Below are positions 8,839-21,077 of a stretch of 64,000 bases of DNA, piece by piece. The DNA comes from Macrostomum lignano (lineage: Eukaryota), in assembly GCA_002269645.1 (NCBI GenBank), contig NIVC01002702.1:1-64000 (forward strand), written 5' to 3'. The position numbers were made by a program, and so were the translations under genes. The notes under the pieces are model-generated. The model saw nothing but the letters and a program-made list of their open reading frames with translations, made no database searches and was not told where the DNA came from. The first letter of the stretch is position 1. Every line of letters begins with the position of its first letter.

Positions 8839-11800
8839 GGCCTAGCAACCGCATGCGAGAAGCTGAGGCTGCAAGCGCCGACTCCCCCAGCGCGCAGCAG
8901 TTTTCTCTATACGAATTTCTGCGGCGAACTTCGCTCAAAACTGGTCGCTCGCAGTGTTGAAGTAGCCGCAGTTTGGGTCCGGCTGCACCACTGCAATGTG
9001 GCCACCTTGCTATGGAGCCTGTTCCGCAGCAACGATGCTGTGAAATATATTAAGGAGCACCTGTGCGATCCCAATGTGCTTAGCAGGTGGGGCTATGATT
9101 ATCTTTGGGTTTCGGGTTTGACTTGACTCCCACAGATCCTCAGAATTGGGATGACTTGACTCCCACAGATCCTCAGAATTGGGATGACAGGCCCACAGAT
9201 CCTCAGAATTTGAGATGACAGGCCCACAGATTCTCAGAATTTGAGATGACAGGCCCACAGATCCTCAGAATTTGAGATGACAGGCCCACAGATCCTCAGA
9301 ATTTGAGATGACAGGCCCACAGATCCTCAGAATTGGGATGACAGACTCCCACAGATCCTCAGAATTGGGATGACAGACTCCGAGATCCTCAGGCATCAGA
9401 GCAGCTTCATCACTATAATACTCGTATAAGCCTCATCTCCGCGCTCCACAGAGACCCAACCTGTCCGCTGGACGCCGAACTTCGCGACCTCCTCCAGAGC
9501 CGCCTGCTGCCGCAGATGCGCGATTACTGCGCCAGCAACTTGAGCGCCGCCAGCTGCAGCCCAGCGCTGAATCAGCTGCGCCAGATCCTGGCCGAACAGT
9601 TCCAGCGCCAGCCGGACTCCAGGGCGTTGGTCTTTGTTCAGCAGCGCTGCTTTACTGGCGTGGTGAAAAGCTTTCTAGTCAGCAAGGCTGTCGAGCTGAG
9701 TACGGCCGGGGTTCAAATCGGCGTGATAACCGGCGCCAATGCTTCTGGGGACTCAGTGAGCGTCGCTAGTTTTGAAGTTTATTTAGTATTTTTGGAGACA
9801 GTAGGGGGGGGCAATGATGAGACAGAAGGGGGGGCAATGATGAGACAGTAGGGGAGCAATGATGAGACAGTAGGGGGGGCAATGATGAGACAGTAGAGGG
9901 GGCAATGATGAGACAGTAGGGGGGCAATGATGAGACAGTAGGGAGGGAAATGATGAGACAGTAGGGGGGCAATGATGAGACAGTAGGGGGCAATGGTGAG
10001 ACAGTAGGGGGGGCAATGGTGAGACAGTAGGGGGGCAATGGTGAGACAGTAGGGGGGGCAATAGTGAGACAGGAGGGGGCAATGGTGAGACAGGGGGGGG
10101 CAATGATGAGACAGTAGGGGCAATGGTGAGATAGTAGGGGGCAATGGTGAGACAGTAGGGGGCAATGGTGAGACAGTAGGGGGGCAATGGTGAGACAGTA
10201 GGGGGGGGGCAATAGTGAGACAGGAGGGGGCAATGGTGAGACAGTAGGGGGCAATGGTGAGACAGTAGGGGGCAATTATGAGACAGTAGGGGGCAATGGT
10301 GAGACAGTAGGGGGTAATGATGAGACAGTAGGGGGCAATGATGAGACAGTAGGGGGCAATGATGAGACAGTAGGGGGCAATGGTGAGACGGTAGGGGGCA
10401 ATGGTGAGACAGTAGGGGGCGATGGTGAGACAGTAGGGGGGCAATGGTGAGACGAGAGGGAGCAATGGTGAGACAGTAGGGGAGACGCCAGCTCACTAGC
10501 CGCCACCGTCACTCCAGGGCGGCATCACCCAAACAAGCCAATCGGAATTGCTAAGCCAGTTCCGCAACGGCAAGGTGCAAATCCTCATCAGCACCAGCGT
10601 CACAGAGGAGGGCCTCGACGTGCAAAAGTGCAACGCTGTTATCCGTTTCTGTCACGTGACCAACGAAATCGCTATGGTGCAAAGCCGGGGCCGGGGCCGC
10701 GCCGAGGGCAGCGTGTATCACGTGATCGTGCCGGACGAGATGAACTGGCTGGGCGATAAGGAGCGACTGAATCAGTCCAGGGACGCAATGATGACGGAGG
10801 CTGTGGCTCGATTAAACCAATTAACTGATGAACAGTTTGTTGCCAAGGTTTGTGGCATTGGAATTTCTCAGATGCCGAGGCTCTATGGGGGAAATTTCTC
10901 AGATGCCAAGGCTCAATAGGGGGGGGATTTCTCAGAAACTAAGACTTCTTTGCGGAATTTCTCAGGTGCCGAGGCTGCTTGGGGGAATTTCTCCGATGCC
11001 GAGGCTCCATGGGGGAATTTCTCCGATGCCGAGGCTCCATGGGGGAATTTCTCCGATGCCGAGGCTCCATGGGGGAATTTCTCCGATGCCGAGGCTCCAT
11101 GGGGGAATTTCTCCGATGCCGAGGCTGCATGGGGGAATTTCTCCGATGCCGAGGCTCCATGGGGGAATTTCTCCGATGCCGAGGCTCCATGGGGGAATTT
11201 CTCCGATGCCAAGGCTGCTTGGGGGAATTTCTCCGATGCCGAGGCTCCATGGGAGAATTTCTCAGATGCCGAGGCTCTATGGGGGAATTTCTCAGATGCC
11301 GAGGCTCTATGGGGGAATTTCGCAGATGCCGAGGCTCCATGTGGGGAATTTCTCAGTTGCCCATGCTACTTGGTGGAATTTCTCAGTTGCCCATGCTACT
11401 CGGTGAAATTTCTCAGTTGCCAAGGCTCAATGATGAATCCCCTCGTATCTCAGGTCTTAATGGGACTCTTAGCTGTTCTCAGAATTTTTAACTATCCAAG
11501 TTAAAATTGATCCTTAAAATGAAATAAAAATCAAACTACACGGCAGGTTCAACAAGAGCAAACTTTGTTACGCCAAGAGGCTCGCCAACAGCGCCAGATT
11601 CGCGCCGCTCAAGCCGACGCGAATCGGGGCACCGTGTTCAGCATTGAATGCGTGGGCTGCGACAGAGTGCTCACCAGCAGTGACAAACTGCGCATCGCTC
11701 AAGACTGCCATCATCTGGCTCTGGACGCTGAACTGCTGACTGACCGGCTGACGCCTAAAAAGCAATCTGCTAGCAAGAGTTTCACGAACTTCACTGCGCT

Positions 11801-13268
11801 TGGCGTGGCCCTGCTGTGCCGGTGTGGCAATCACGTGGCCAATCTGTGCCGATTTAAGGTTGGTGGTGACTCGGTCGGCATTTTGGGGCCGCTTTTGCTA
11901 GCTCGAAATCTTTTGTGACACATGCTTCATGATTAGAAAGTCAAGGGGCTGTAAGACAGTCAGATGATGCCACCAAAGGCGTTGCTCTAGGGAGCGAAGA
12001 GTGGAAAGAGAATGGAAAAGAGAAAAAGGAGAAAGGAGAAAGGAACTAGACGAGAATCAGAAAATAAAGGAGAGGAGGAAACAAGAGGAGATGAGTATTG
12101 AATAGGAGAGGAAAGAACGGAGAGAGGATAGGGAAGGAGAGAAGAGAAGAGAGCAGAGAGGAGAGAAGAGGAAAGGAGAGGAAGAGAAGAGTGGAGAGGA
12201 GAGGAGAGGAGAGAGAAGAGGAGAGGAGAGATGAGGATAGTGGAGAGGAGAGGAGAGGAGAGGAGAGGAGAGGAGAGTGGAGAGGAGAGGAGAGGAGAGG
12301 AGAGAGAAGAGGAGAGGAGAGATGAGGATAGTGGAGAGGAGAGGAGAGGAGAGGAGAGTGGAGAGGAGAGGAGAGGAGAGGAGAGAGAAGAGGAGAGGAG
12401 AGATGAGGATAGTGGAGAGGAGAGGAAAGGAGAGAGAAGAGAAGAGGAGAGAAGAGTGGAGAGGATAGGAGAGGAGAGGTAGGGATAGTGGAGAGGAGAG
12501 AAAGGGAGGAGAGGAGAGGAATGGAGGAGTCTGGCAGGAGAGGAATGGAGGAGTCTGGCAGGAGAGGAATGGAGGAGTCTGGCAGGAGAGGAATGGAGGA
12601 GTCTGGCAGGAGAGGAATGGAGGAGTCTGGCAGGAGAGGAATGGAGGAGAGGAATGGAGGCGAGGAGAGGATTGGAGGAGAGGAATGGAGGAGAGGAGAG
12701 GAGAGGAATGGAGGAGAGGAGAGGAGAGTATTGTGTATTTTTGAGCCTCCTTCATTTTGTGAATAAAATGGCGATTATGAATGTCACTGTTTCTTTTTTA
12801 GGTCAACTTTATCCTTCTTTTTTTCAATTTCAAAAGTTTAGTGCTTAAATTGAGGTCAAAACAAAAAGTTGAGTATGATATTTTAGGCCGGGTAAGGGTT
12901 AAACTCACTATCCTAATTAACTTAAAGGATGTCTAACACTTGAGGTCAAGGTCAAAGTTCAATTTTTTATGTTTCAATTGATTTCTCTTTGTTCAAGTTA
13001 AATGTTGCTACCCAATAATATTACCGTAAATCTGCAATTATGTTTTTTTCCTGATCTTATTTCAAAACAGGAACTGCCATTTCCCGAGCTGAAAATCCAA
13101 CAGGTGAAGTTTGTGGACAAAAGCAACCCAGGAGCGGTCCATGGCCCTTTGAAGAAGTGGAAACTGGCGAAAAAATTTCTCACCGAGTTGGAAATGGAGA
13201 GTGCAGACATGATCGCTTGGGCGGAAGCTGTGCCCGACATACCTGAGAATCTGCTTTCGGAAGATTGA
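8839..13268 (+). CDS. RIG-I-like receptor / Dicer-related DExD/H helicase, last five coding exons (about 8839-9086, 9377-9757, 10518-10847, 11547-11858, 13071-13268); 5' exons outside the window
   Basis: PDSRALVFV (motif IV), ISTSVTEEGLDV (motif V), MVQSRGRGRA (motif VI, RIG-I style), and a C-terminal zinc-binding domain CVGC...CHH...CRCG ending LKIQQV...KKW. GT-AG sites give consistent phases. Confidence 0.88.
9122..9392 (+). repeat. 31-33-bp intronic minisatellite (GATGACAGGCCCACAGATCCTCAGAATTTGA)
   Basis: About 8 units. The last unit overlaps the predicted splice acceptor. Confidence 0.9.
9797..10485 (+). repeat. 21-25-bp G-rich intronic minisatellite (GAGACAGTAGGGGGCAATGGT)
   Basis: Periodic, with variable G-run length. 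Confidence 0.92.
10860..11450 (+). repeat. 30-bp intronic minisatellite (GGGGGAATTTCTCCGATGCCGAGGCTCCAT)
   Basis: Homogeneous core with degenerate edges. Confidence 0.93.
12000..12725 (+). repeat. GA-rich (GAGAG/GAGGA)n polypurine tract with an embedded 24-bp repeat
   Basis: Almost pure purine. AGGAATGGAGGAGTCTGGCAGGAG occurs 5 times at about 12516-12640. Confidence 0.92.
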
Positions 13269-14084
13269 AATTCTTATGAATTAATACTGAATGAAGACTA
13301 ATTATATGTACGAGTGAGTTATATATTGGACATTATATTTGAAGGCCGCCTAGAATGCATTGCTACAAATTTAGAGGTTTTTATTACCACGAACATTATT
13401 GGAACGAAAAAAAAGTTGTGACTAGATATGATTTACCTTATTTACATTTTTTTTCAAATCGAAATTAGACAAAATTTGTCCAGGCCTTCAATTTTTTCCT
13501 GATACAATAGTTACACTATACAGTTATAATACTCATGTCTGATTCAACTGGCTGATTCTGATTAAATAATATTGCCTCGACGTTTTCAATGCGTCGCACA
13601 AGTTATTTAATAATGCTGATTTATTGTTGGTGCATTGTGTAAAAATAGGGGTTTTAGCCACTCAAGCTTTTTAAATCTACGAGTATTTATCGATTTATTT
13701 TGAGTAAACTGTAAAAATGCGTAAATTTCGGTTGCAGAAAGATAGATTCTAAGTTGAAAAAATTGAATTTTTTTTCTGATTTCAATAGGAGGTCACGATC
13801 AGAAAATATACGGTTGCACTCGACTATCTATTTTAACAGTAAATTACTGAAGTTTCCAATGTTTAAAAAAAGTTTCTTATTGGCTCAACTAGCGCTGCTT
13901 CTACTGTAAGTAGAAAATACTGTACTGATGAACGCAAGTTTTATCAACTTTTTTAGCAAATAACATTGTGTCTCCTGGATGTTTGGAACAGTGTTATATA
14001 TATAATATAGCAGACAGCCTTTTGCAGCTCGTTTCGGCTTACAACAACACAACACGCAGCCCCGCATGCAAAGGTTGCAGAATT

Positions 14085-14493
14085 ACAGCGCATCGCAGAG
14101 CCTGAGAGCGGACGGCGGTGTCGGGCGCTCCAGCGTCGTACAGGAGGCAGTCCACGTATCAGAGGATTTCGGGCCTGACCCCGCCTGAACGGGCCCTACT
14201 GCAAGGTGAGCAGCAGGACGTCCTGAACAGGTTGGGGGCAGTAGCCCTCTCGGCCCGGATGATCACGTGGCCCGCCATATGCAGTTGAAGTCACCGATCG
14301 TACAGGGCCTCGGTCCCGACGCTCTCGCGTCAGCTCGAAAAGCCGCACGGAGCAGACCTAAGTCCAAAATGCCGCTCCAGCGTAGCCGTCAGCGTCCACG
14401 TCTCGGCATTGTTTCGACAGTGGTCGGGCAGCGCTTCGAATTTCGGACTGGAGGGCGGCTCGGATCGATCAGAAGGCCGCTCAGGCAAGTCCT
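14085..14493 (-). mobile_element. Degenerate RTE-like non-LTR retrotransposon, 3' piece
   Basis: Minus-strand frames give RGLA*AAF, NNAETWTLT, MAGHV and PQPVQDVLLLTLQ, typical of the RTE-type RT C-terminal region. Joins 21078-21480 across the insertion. Confidence 0.7.
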
Positions 14494-15532
14494 CCCCGGG
14501 CTGCCAAAAAACGTTCGTCCAACGAAAAGGATATTTGGGCAAAGTGAATAGTCGTACGGGCTGTTGAAAAAACGTTGGAACAATGTGGGACATTCAACGA
14601 AGGAAAATACCGCACATTTGCGGCACATTTACTTTTAGTAGCATCATACGCATGTTTGTATACCTGTACAAAATAGACGAATTGGCCGGAAATTTTTTGA
14701 AAAACTGTTTACTGTTAATCGGGTAAACTATAATCTGTTCCCGCTTGTATTAATTATGCAAAGCTTTTTGTACATGTAGCTCGAAGATAAGATGAAAAAA
14801 TAAATTCGCTGGACGACGATACGGAAGCTGAAACTGTTTTTCTGCTACATGTACGAGCGTACAGGCAGCTATAGCTGAGCTGATGGCAATTACAATGAAT
14901 CAGATATTTCTGTTATAAGTTACATTACACGTACTATTAATTATGAGCTTAGTTTCCAGTTTGCTGAAGGCGCCGAATAACTTTATATTTTGATTTTGAT
15001 TTTGATGGTCGGGTGAAAAACGTATTCATACATGTATAATATGGTTGCCCGTTGTAGTTAGCTACTACTGACAGTAAGGTCCTAAAGAGTATTCGTTTGA
15101 AAGCATCAATATAACCCACTGGAAAATCACACCCGATTACTCAATTAGTTGTAGAATACAGTTGGGTTCACAGAAAGACGATTTTTCCATGGAATCGTTC
15201 TGGAATTCTATAGAATATTTGTTCCTATTGGTTAAAGCGCGGCCAATTGAGAGAACACTGACAGCCTCCCCCACCAAACCGCAACAGAGAAAGAATGACA
15301 CGGTGGGGTGACAGTTGACAGTCAAAAGGTGTGTGTATACTGTAACCTCCATGCACTAATATTTTTCCTATATTTCCTATCCTTCTAACCAATTACAGCA
15401 TTAAGTCTGTCTTTCAAAGCAATATAAACCACTTCCTTTATATTTGTAAGGGTGCTTTCGTGATCTTCTAAGTGCAGTAGAGCATCCATTCGTTCCTTTC
15501 TGTAAAATAGAATTTCTCATTCTCAATTAAAA

Positions 15533-16145
15533 ATGAGTACTGGTACTGGTCCTCGTCGTTCGTCACGTCATCCCGAAACGCCGCCTCCGAATATCTGGAA
15601 AGCGGATTAATCTAGAGACACGATTCTTTCTGCGGCTGATACCGACTGGCACACTCTAATGATGTGTAGAATCCCAAAGCTGAGGCTACTGATACAGCTT
15701 GGCAATTCCTGATTGATTTTCCCGGATTTGCCCATTTGAATGCATTAGAATTTTCCCGAATCGCCGCCTTCGAATATCTGGAAAGCGGATTAATCTAGAG
15801 ACACGATTCTTTCTGCGGCTGATACCGACTGGCACACTCTAATGATGTGTAGAATCCCAAAGCTGAGGCTACTGATACAGCTTGGCAATTCCTGATTGAT
15901 TTTCCCGGATTTGCCCATTTGCCCGGAATTCCTGCTACTTGCATGTGCGACGCTTCCGCTCATCTGAGCCTCTTTATAACACCCCAGTGAACTCTTTCCA
16001 AACCAACATGATTTCTGTTGTGAGCAGCCTGTCAGATACCCGTTGCATACTAGGCATTGATGAACTTCACTGCAAAGCGCTTGTTATCGCTCTAAATGGC
16101 AAGTTGGTTGCCTTTCCACTGTTGCACACTATAGGATGCGAATAA
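15533..16145 (+). pseudogene. Internally deleted transposase: N-terminal fragment (duplicated) fused to a C-terminal fragment
   Basis: 15939-16145 reads EPLYNTPVNSF...LHCKALVIALNGKLVAFPLLH*, which I recognise as the end of animal EnSpm-type transposases. No catalytic core is present. Confidence 0.5.
15572..15921 (+). repeat. Tandem duplication, 183-bp period, two copies
   Basis: ATATCTGGAAAGCGGATT starts at 15591 and again at 15774, and the following sequences are near-identical. Confidence 0.9.
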
Positions 16146-17245
16146 TTATTTACGGCGCCTCAATTTATTCCCCGCTTTTGTAATTTACCGTGTAGCTCGC
16201 TGTTCTTCGAATTCATTAGTTTTTTTTCTGTTTTTTGTATTCAATAGAAAAAAACAATAATTTTGTGCAGCTGGTTTTTTTCATATTCATGAAATGAATG
16301 AATTTATTTGTACCATGTTACCTCCTAGTTTATAGAAGCAAAGCAATGCCAAAGCGCATATAGTTCTAACCAAAAGCAAGTTCATTGATCGACGAGAATA
16401 TTTCCTGGTCAGGAAGGTTGATAAAAGATAAGATCTGTTCTTATCAAGAAGCTATATTGAAGCATCGTGGGAATTGCAGCCAAGCATATGCTATAGCATT
16501 ATTCTATACTAGCTCTGTACAACATATACAGCGTATGCTTGCTTTCGGGTTAACTGAGAATGAATTTAGTCCCCCACCCCCAACTTAGGGACATTTTAAA
16601 GCAAAACACAAAGAACAAAGAAGCACGGAACAAAGAATTCTTGAGCCAACTTCAATGAATGATATTCTTACAAGGTGCATTTTAGGTGCAAATAAAGTGA
16701 CACTATATGGAATCGGTGAGAGAAAAACAGCCTGCCTGAACCGGCTGAACGTGAACTTTTCCAAAAACAAAAGACCTTCCACCAGTAAACAGACGCTCTG
16801 ATACGAGCGTACGCGTTGATTGCTGTAGAATTTTTTGATCCTGATATTTTAAATCATCTTGTAGTAAGTAAAATTGGCATATACGGGCGTATTAACACAT
16901 TTATTTTTTATCTGTCTATTCTGTTATTCTGCTGTGCCACTGCTCAAAAGTGTGCAATATCCAGTGGCTAACACGCGAGAAGTTGAAATCCTCTTCCCAA
17001 TCAATCCATTAGTTTCATATTTTCTCCTGCGCTTCTTGTCAGTTTCTCCACTTAGCTTTTTAGTTTGTATTTATTTGCTTCATAAATTTTAATTAACCTA
17101 AGGTAGCATAAATTTCTACATTGAAATAAAATTTCGAATCGTGCATTTTAAATCTGCAACAGACAGGCACGAATCTTTTCTTGCCCAACTGGATTTCACG
17201 AGTTGTTTGTTGTTGGACACATTATGAAATCAAATATAATCATAA

Positions 17246-17458
17246 CAGTGGTGGGTCTAGGGTCTAGAATTTCATTTAAGGGGGCGGTCCAAGTTTGGGG
17301 CGCCAACATAAATATCAGGGGCGCCAATTTTTAAGCTAGGGGGCGCAGAAATCAAGTTAAAGGGCTCCCCCAAAAAACTTAGGTCTTGGGGGAAGCAATA
17401 TTTTTTATCAAGCTGTTTTTGGGGGGGGGGCGGCCGCCCTTGAATAGATCCGCCCCTG
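17246..17458. mobile_element. hAT-type MITE (213 bp) nested in the CMC element
   Basis: TIRs CAGTGGTGGGTCTA / CAGGGGCGGATCTA. Flanks AATCATAA / AATCATAG (7/8 TSD match). Confidence 0.75.
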
Positions 17459-17914
17459 AATCATAGTTATATTTGTAAAATGCTGCAGTTTATAAATAGC
17501 TCATAAGGGTCTAAAATGAAAAAGCTGCAATTAAAAAAATTAATTTTGTTAAGTGTAAAAACTTAAAGTATGGAACTGGGAATTTGGATTGGTAAAGCTG
17601 GAAGCGTGGGCCGCATGAACACTATTGCGCCTCCCGTGAGTTCAGATGTTGGCGCGTCCAATGCCGTGCGACTTCACAGTCTACTAAATTTTAAAGTAAC
17701 ATTCAGCTCAGCTGCTTCTCATTGGGTCGTGCGGGGAAATTTTTTAAACCTCCTTCCTGTATGCAAAAATTTCAAACCAATCGGAAGATCTGAACCATGA
17801 AACCTATTCTAACATTTGTTTTTTATTTCCGTTTCATTCCCTATCGCAAAGATTTGCATGTATCACGACTGATTATATGCTTTAAGATCGTATTTAGCAC
17901 AACTTTGAGACAGC

Positions 17915-19692
17915 ATGTCATCGGACAACAGGTTTGTCTTGGTTCTTTTTGAAGACGATAGTGTAGAAATCGTCCTAAAAGAATGGTTTGAAAGCGGAAC
18001 TTCTGTGCACTGGCCCCCTGCAGCAGAGTACAATCAAGCCATCAAAGGCCACAGGACACCGAATGAGAACTGGGCTGTGGAAACCGTTGAAGTTGTCGGA
18101 TCTCGAGGTAAGACAAGGGTCCATTCCATTTAATTACTCAACAATTCTTTCTTGGGCAATCGCATCTCACACCAGGGAAAATGCCTTTTAATTTTAAACT
18201 TCAGCCACTCTCCCAGAGGCCGTTAAACTACGACGGCGCTTTCTGAGCAAAGGGACAGTGGAAACAAGCGACTCTGATGCTCCTCGTCTTCGAAAGACAG
18301 TCAGTCGCTTCATCAATGAAGCTGTGGAAGCTGGGAGCTCGCGTGTTGGCAGACAAAGTCGACGAGTGGCCCGACCTCCAGATTCACCCCCACCAACGCT
18401 TCATGCCCTTGCGTCTCCACCTCCGCCGCTCGAAACGTTTCGGCAAGCTGCACAGCAGGATAATTCTGCTGGGACAGCCCCGATGCTGAGCACCCCGACT
18501 ATTGCATCAACACCAGCTGGTCCAGTCCAAGTCTCAAGCTTGCCAAAGGAAGGGCTTGCAGGCATCAACCTAAGTATCACCAACTTGAGTTCACAAGTCG
18601 AGAAGCTCACTGCAGCCGTTGAGCGACTGGAGAGTGAGTCTGCATAATTTTCAAACTCGAAACGCTTAAATTTCTGAGGACAGTTGTGACAGACAATTGA
18701 ATGAGATAATCCATTGAGATAGAGTAGTCTAGCAGTGTAAATTTAAATTTAAATGTAGTATAAACGAACGTAATATATAGCTTTGAAAAACCCCAAATGG
18801 CAAAGGCTTAATTTTTAACAGAGAGATGTGACTAAAATACTTATTGACAGGTGTGATTCGCGCACAGCATACTTCAGTGAAAAGTTCTTTGGTTGACCTT
18901 CAGAACAAGTTGGTGGCTCGCACATCTGGTGGACCTTCAGAAGATGACGGTGACTTACACAGTCTGTTCGATGGACTGCCATGTACAGAGTTCGTTGCCT
19001 TACAAAACTGGGTGGCGGCTCTTCAGTCTGATCGAAAGGCTGTCAAACACGCTGTAAGCTGCCAATGTTGCTATCATTTGAATGCATAGTATATCAGGCG
19101 AAAAAATCACAGAGGTACGCTCGTAATTAATTTAACTACTTTATCTCGTCCATTCAAGGTGTCGCACTTTCGCTCACTTGGAGGGAGACGACTCAATCAT
19201 CCAGTCTTTAATATACTGCGGCTTCTGATGACCGATGAACTGGCGGCTCAGATGAGCCTTCGTGGAGCAACCCGCCAAGGCAAATCAAAAAAGAGTTTTT
19301 CGAGTCTCGGACTGCTGCCGATCATTGCTAGTAAGTACATGAGTAGTGCATACAATATCTAAACCACTAAGTAGGCAGTAAAATCGAAGATTGCAACAGT
19401 TAATGAAACGGTTTTTAATAAGGTTATGGACATGGAAAAATACAAATTATCAATTTATACTTTTTTTGCTTCAGATGCAGCAGGAGGCATTTTCAAGGAC
19501 GCAACTGCAGTTTCGGTGGGCCTAGCCGTGGCCGAACATTTGAGGCACGCCGGCACTCGAGTGAAGAAGCAGAGCCAGGCTTCACAGCAGCTCGAGATGG
19601 CAGCTGGAGCTGTCGCATCTTCTTCAGAAGAGTCGATGGAGGCTGATGATGAAGACGACTTTGACTTGTTGGATCAAATTTACTCAAACTAA
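17915..19692 (+). CDS. DUF4806-like transposon accessory protein, 5 exons (17915-18107, 18205-18633, 18851-19053, 19159-19330, 19475-19692), about 404 aa
   Basis: N-terminus FVLVLFEDDSVEIVLKEW...WPP...P..NW. C-terminus LMTDELAAQMSLRG...KKSF and EHLRHAGTR. All four introns are GT-AG and phase-consistent (1215 nt total). Confidence 0.75.
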
Positions 19693-21077
19693 AGCTGTGC
19701 ACTATGTATGTTTCCTCTCCTCATATGTTAGCTATTCAATCTTGGTATTTAATCCAGGGTGATATAATTTTTAGGACCAGCACTAGTAAAATCGATTGAA
19801 TAAGAAAAGCAAAAATGAAAGTTTGCATATAGGGGCCATGAACTGTGTCGCTTTAATATTAAAGTCTAGATTTAAAAATCGTTGATATGAAAGTGTTATA
19901 CCAAACAGGTAAAAAGCAACCTTGGTTCCATTGTTATCACAAAGTGAAAAAAATAAGTAATTTTAACTATCTAATTGCTAAGGGTTTCTTAGAAATCGTA
20001 GAAAGCCGAAAGGGTAAACCTTCGGTGCAGGAGCTTGGGACTTTGTAGACAGGATTAATCTTATTTTTATAAAAGGGGGCCTGGCTGATCTTAGAAATCA
20101 TTTTATGTTTAGTTTTAGTAAAATATTATCTTATTCTGTTCTTATATATCAGATTAAAAAACTTTTTATGTCTGGTTGTGCATAATCTTTCATAATTTAA
20201 CTGTTTCGGTCGCTTAAGGTTTACTGTTTGTGCAGTATTAGCTACTAACAGTAGTGAGCTAAATTTTCGAAAAGTGCGTTTGCCAAATTATATTAAAAGT
20301 GAATGTATTTTTTAAGCTTAGTGAAGCAGATAAAACCTTTTGCTTTGTTTTTCGCGTCTGTTAGTCTGCTGCATCTTTTTGTAGTTTAAACTTTTAGAAA
20401 ATTTTACTAAGTGTTTTACTTGAATGTGTAAAATGTATGTGTGAAATTAATCGGGTCGGATTACCACTGAAGACTAAAGGTTACATAAATGATAGCCTAT
20501 GTATCCCAAGTATGTAACCCCAAGCTTAATGTTGTACTTACTCTTGTGTCTTCTTACATTGCAGTACTACATGTAAAAATGTTTCTTTAACAGTACTACA
20601 TTGCAATACTACAGTATTGCAGTACGCTCGTACTACATGTAAAACCTTCTTTACTTTCTTAACTCTATGCTAATATTTATGAACATCGCCAATATATCGT
20701 AAAAAAGCTATATGTGAACTTTTTTGTTAATAAAAATAAAATAAATATACTCGCTTTCATAAACTAGATCTGATACCGAGTGAGTTTCTTTTGTTGATAT
20801 TACAGAAAAATGAGGCAAATCCTGCGTTGCAAACTATAGGCTTCAATATATAAAAACAAGATTGAGTGCCTTTACTGTGCTCACTACTGCTAGTAGTATG
20901 TACGAGCTCTCACAGAAAGGTTGTTAGAAGGTTGTTTAATGGTGGGTTACCAACGTTGGCCTACAACGTTGAAAAAACCGTACAAAGCGGGTCAAAATTA
21001 ATGTAATTTAAATGTTAAAGAAACACCTAATTTCAATGATTGGAAAAACGTTGCACCAACATAAGTGGCAGTCCGGG

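Larger units (their letters stand above)
14494..21077 (+). mobile_element. CMC/EnSpm(CACTA)-like DNA transposon, non-autonomous, about 6.58 kb
   Basis: Left end CCCGGGCTGCCA...GTTCGTCCAACG and right end (reverse complement) CCCGGACTGCCA...GTTGGTGCAACG. 2-bp TSD CT (the left end shows one extra C). Subterminal AACGTTG motifs at both ends. Removing it restores the LINE reading (cgc aga gga ctt gcc). Confidence 0.75.

Noticed and set aside
9766-12848. Long overlapping ORFs at 9766-10512, 10828-11504 and 12057-12848
   Set aside because: These are translations of intronic tandem repeats.
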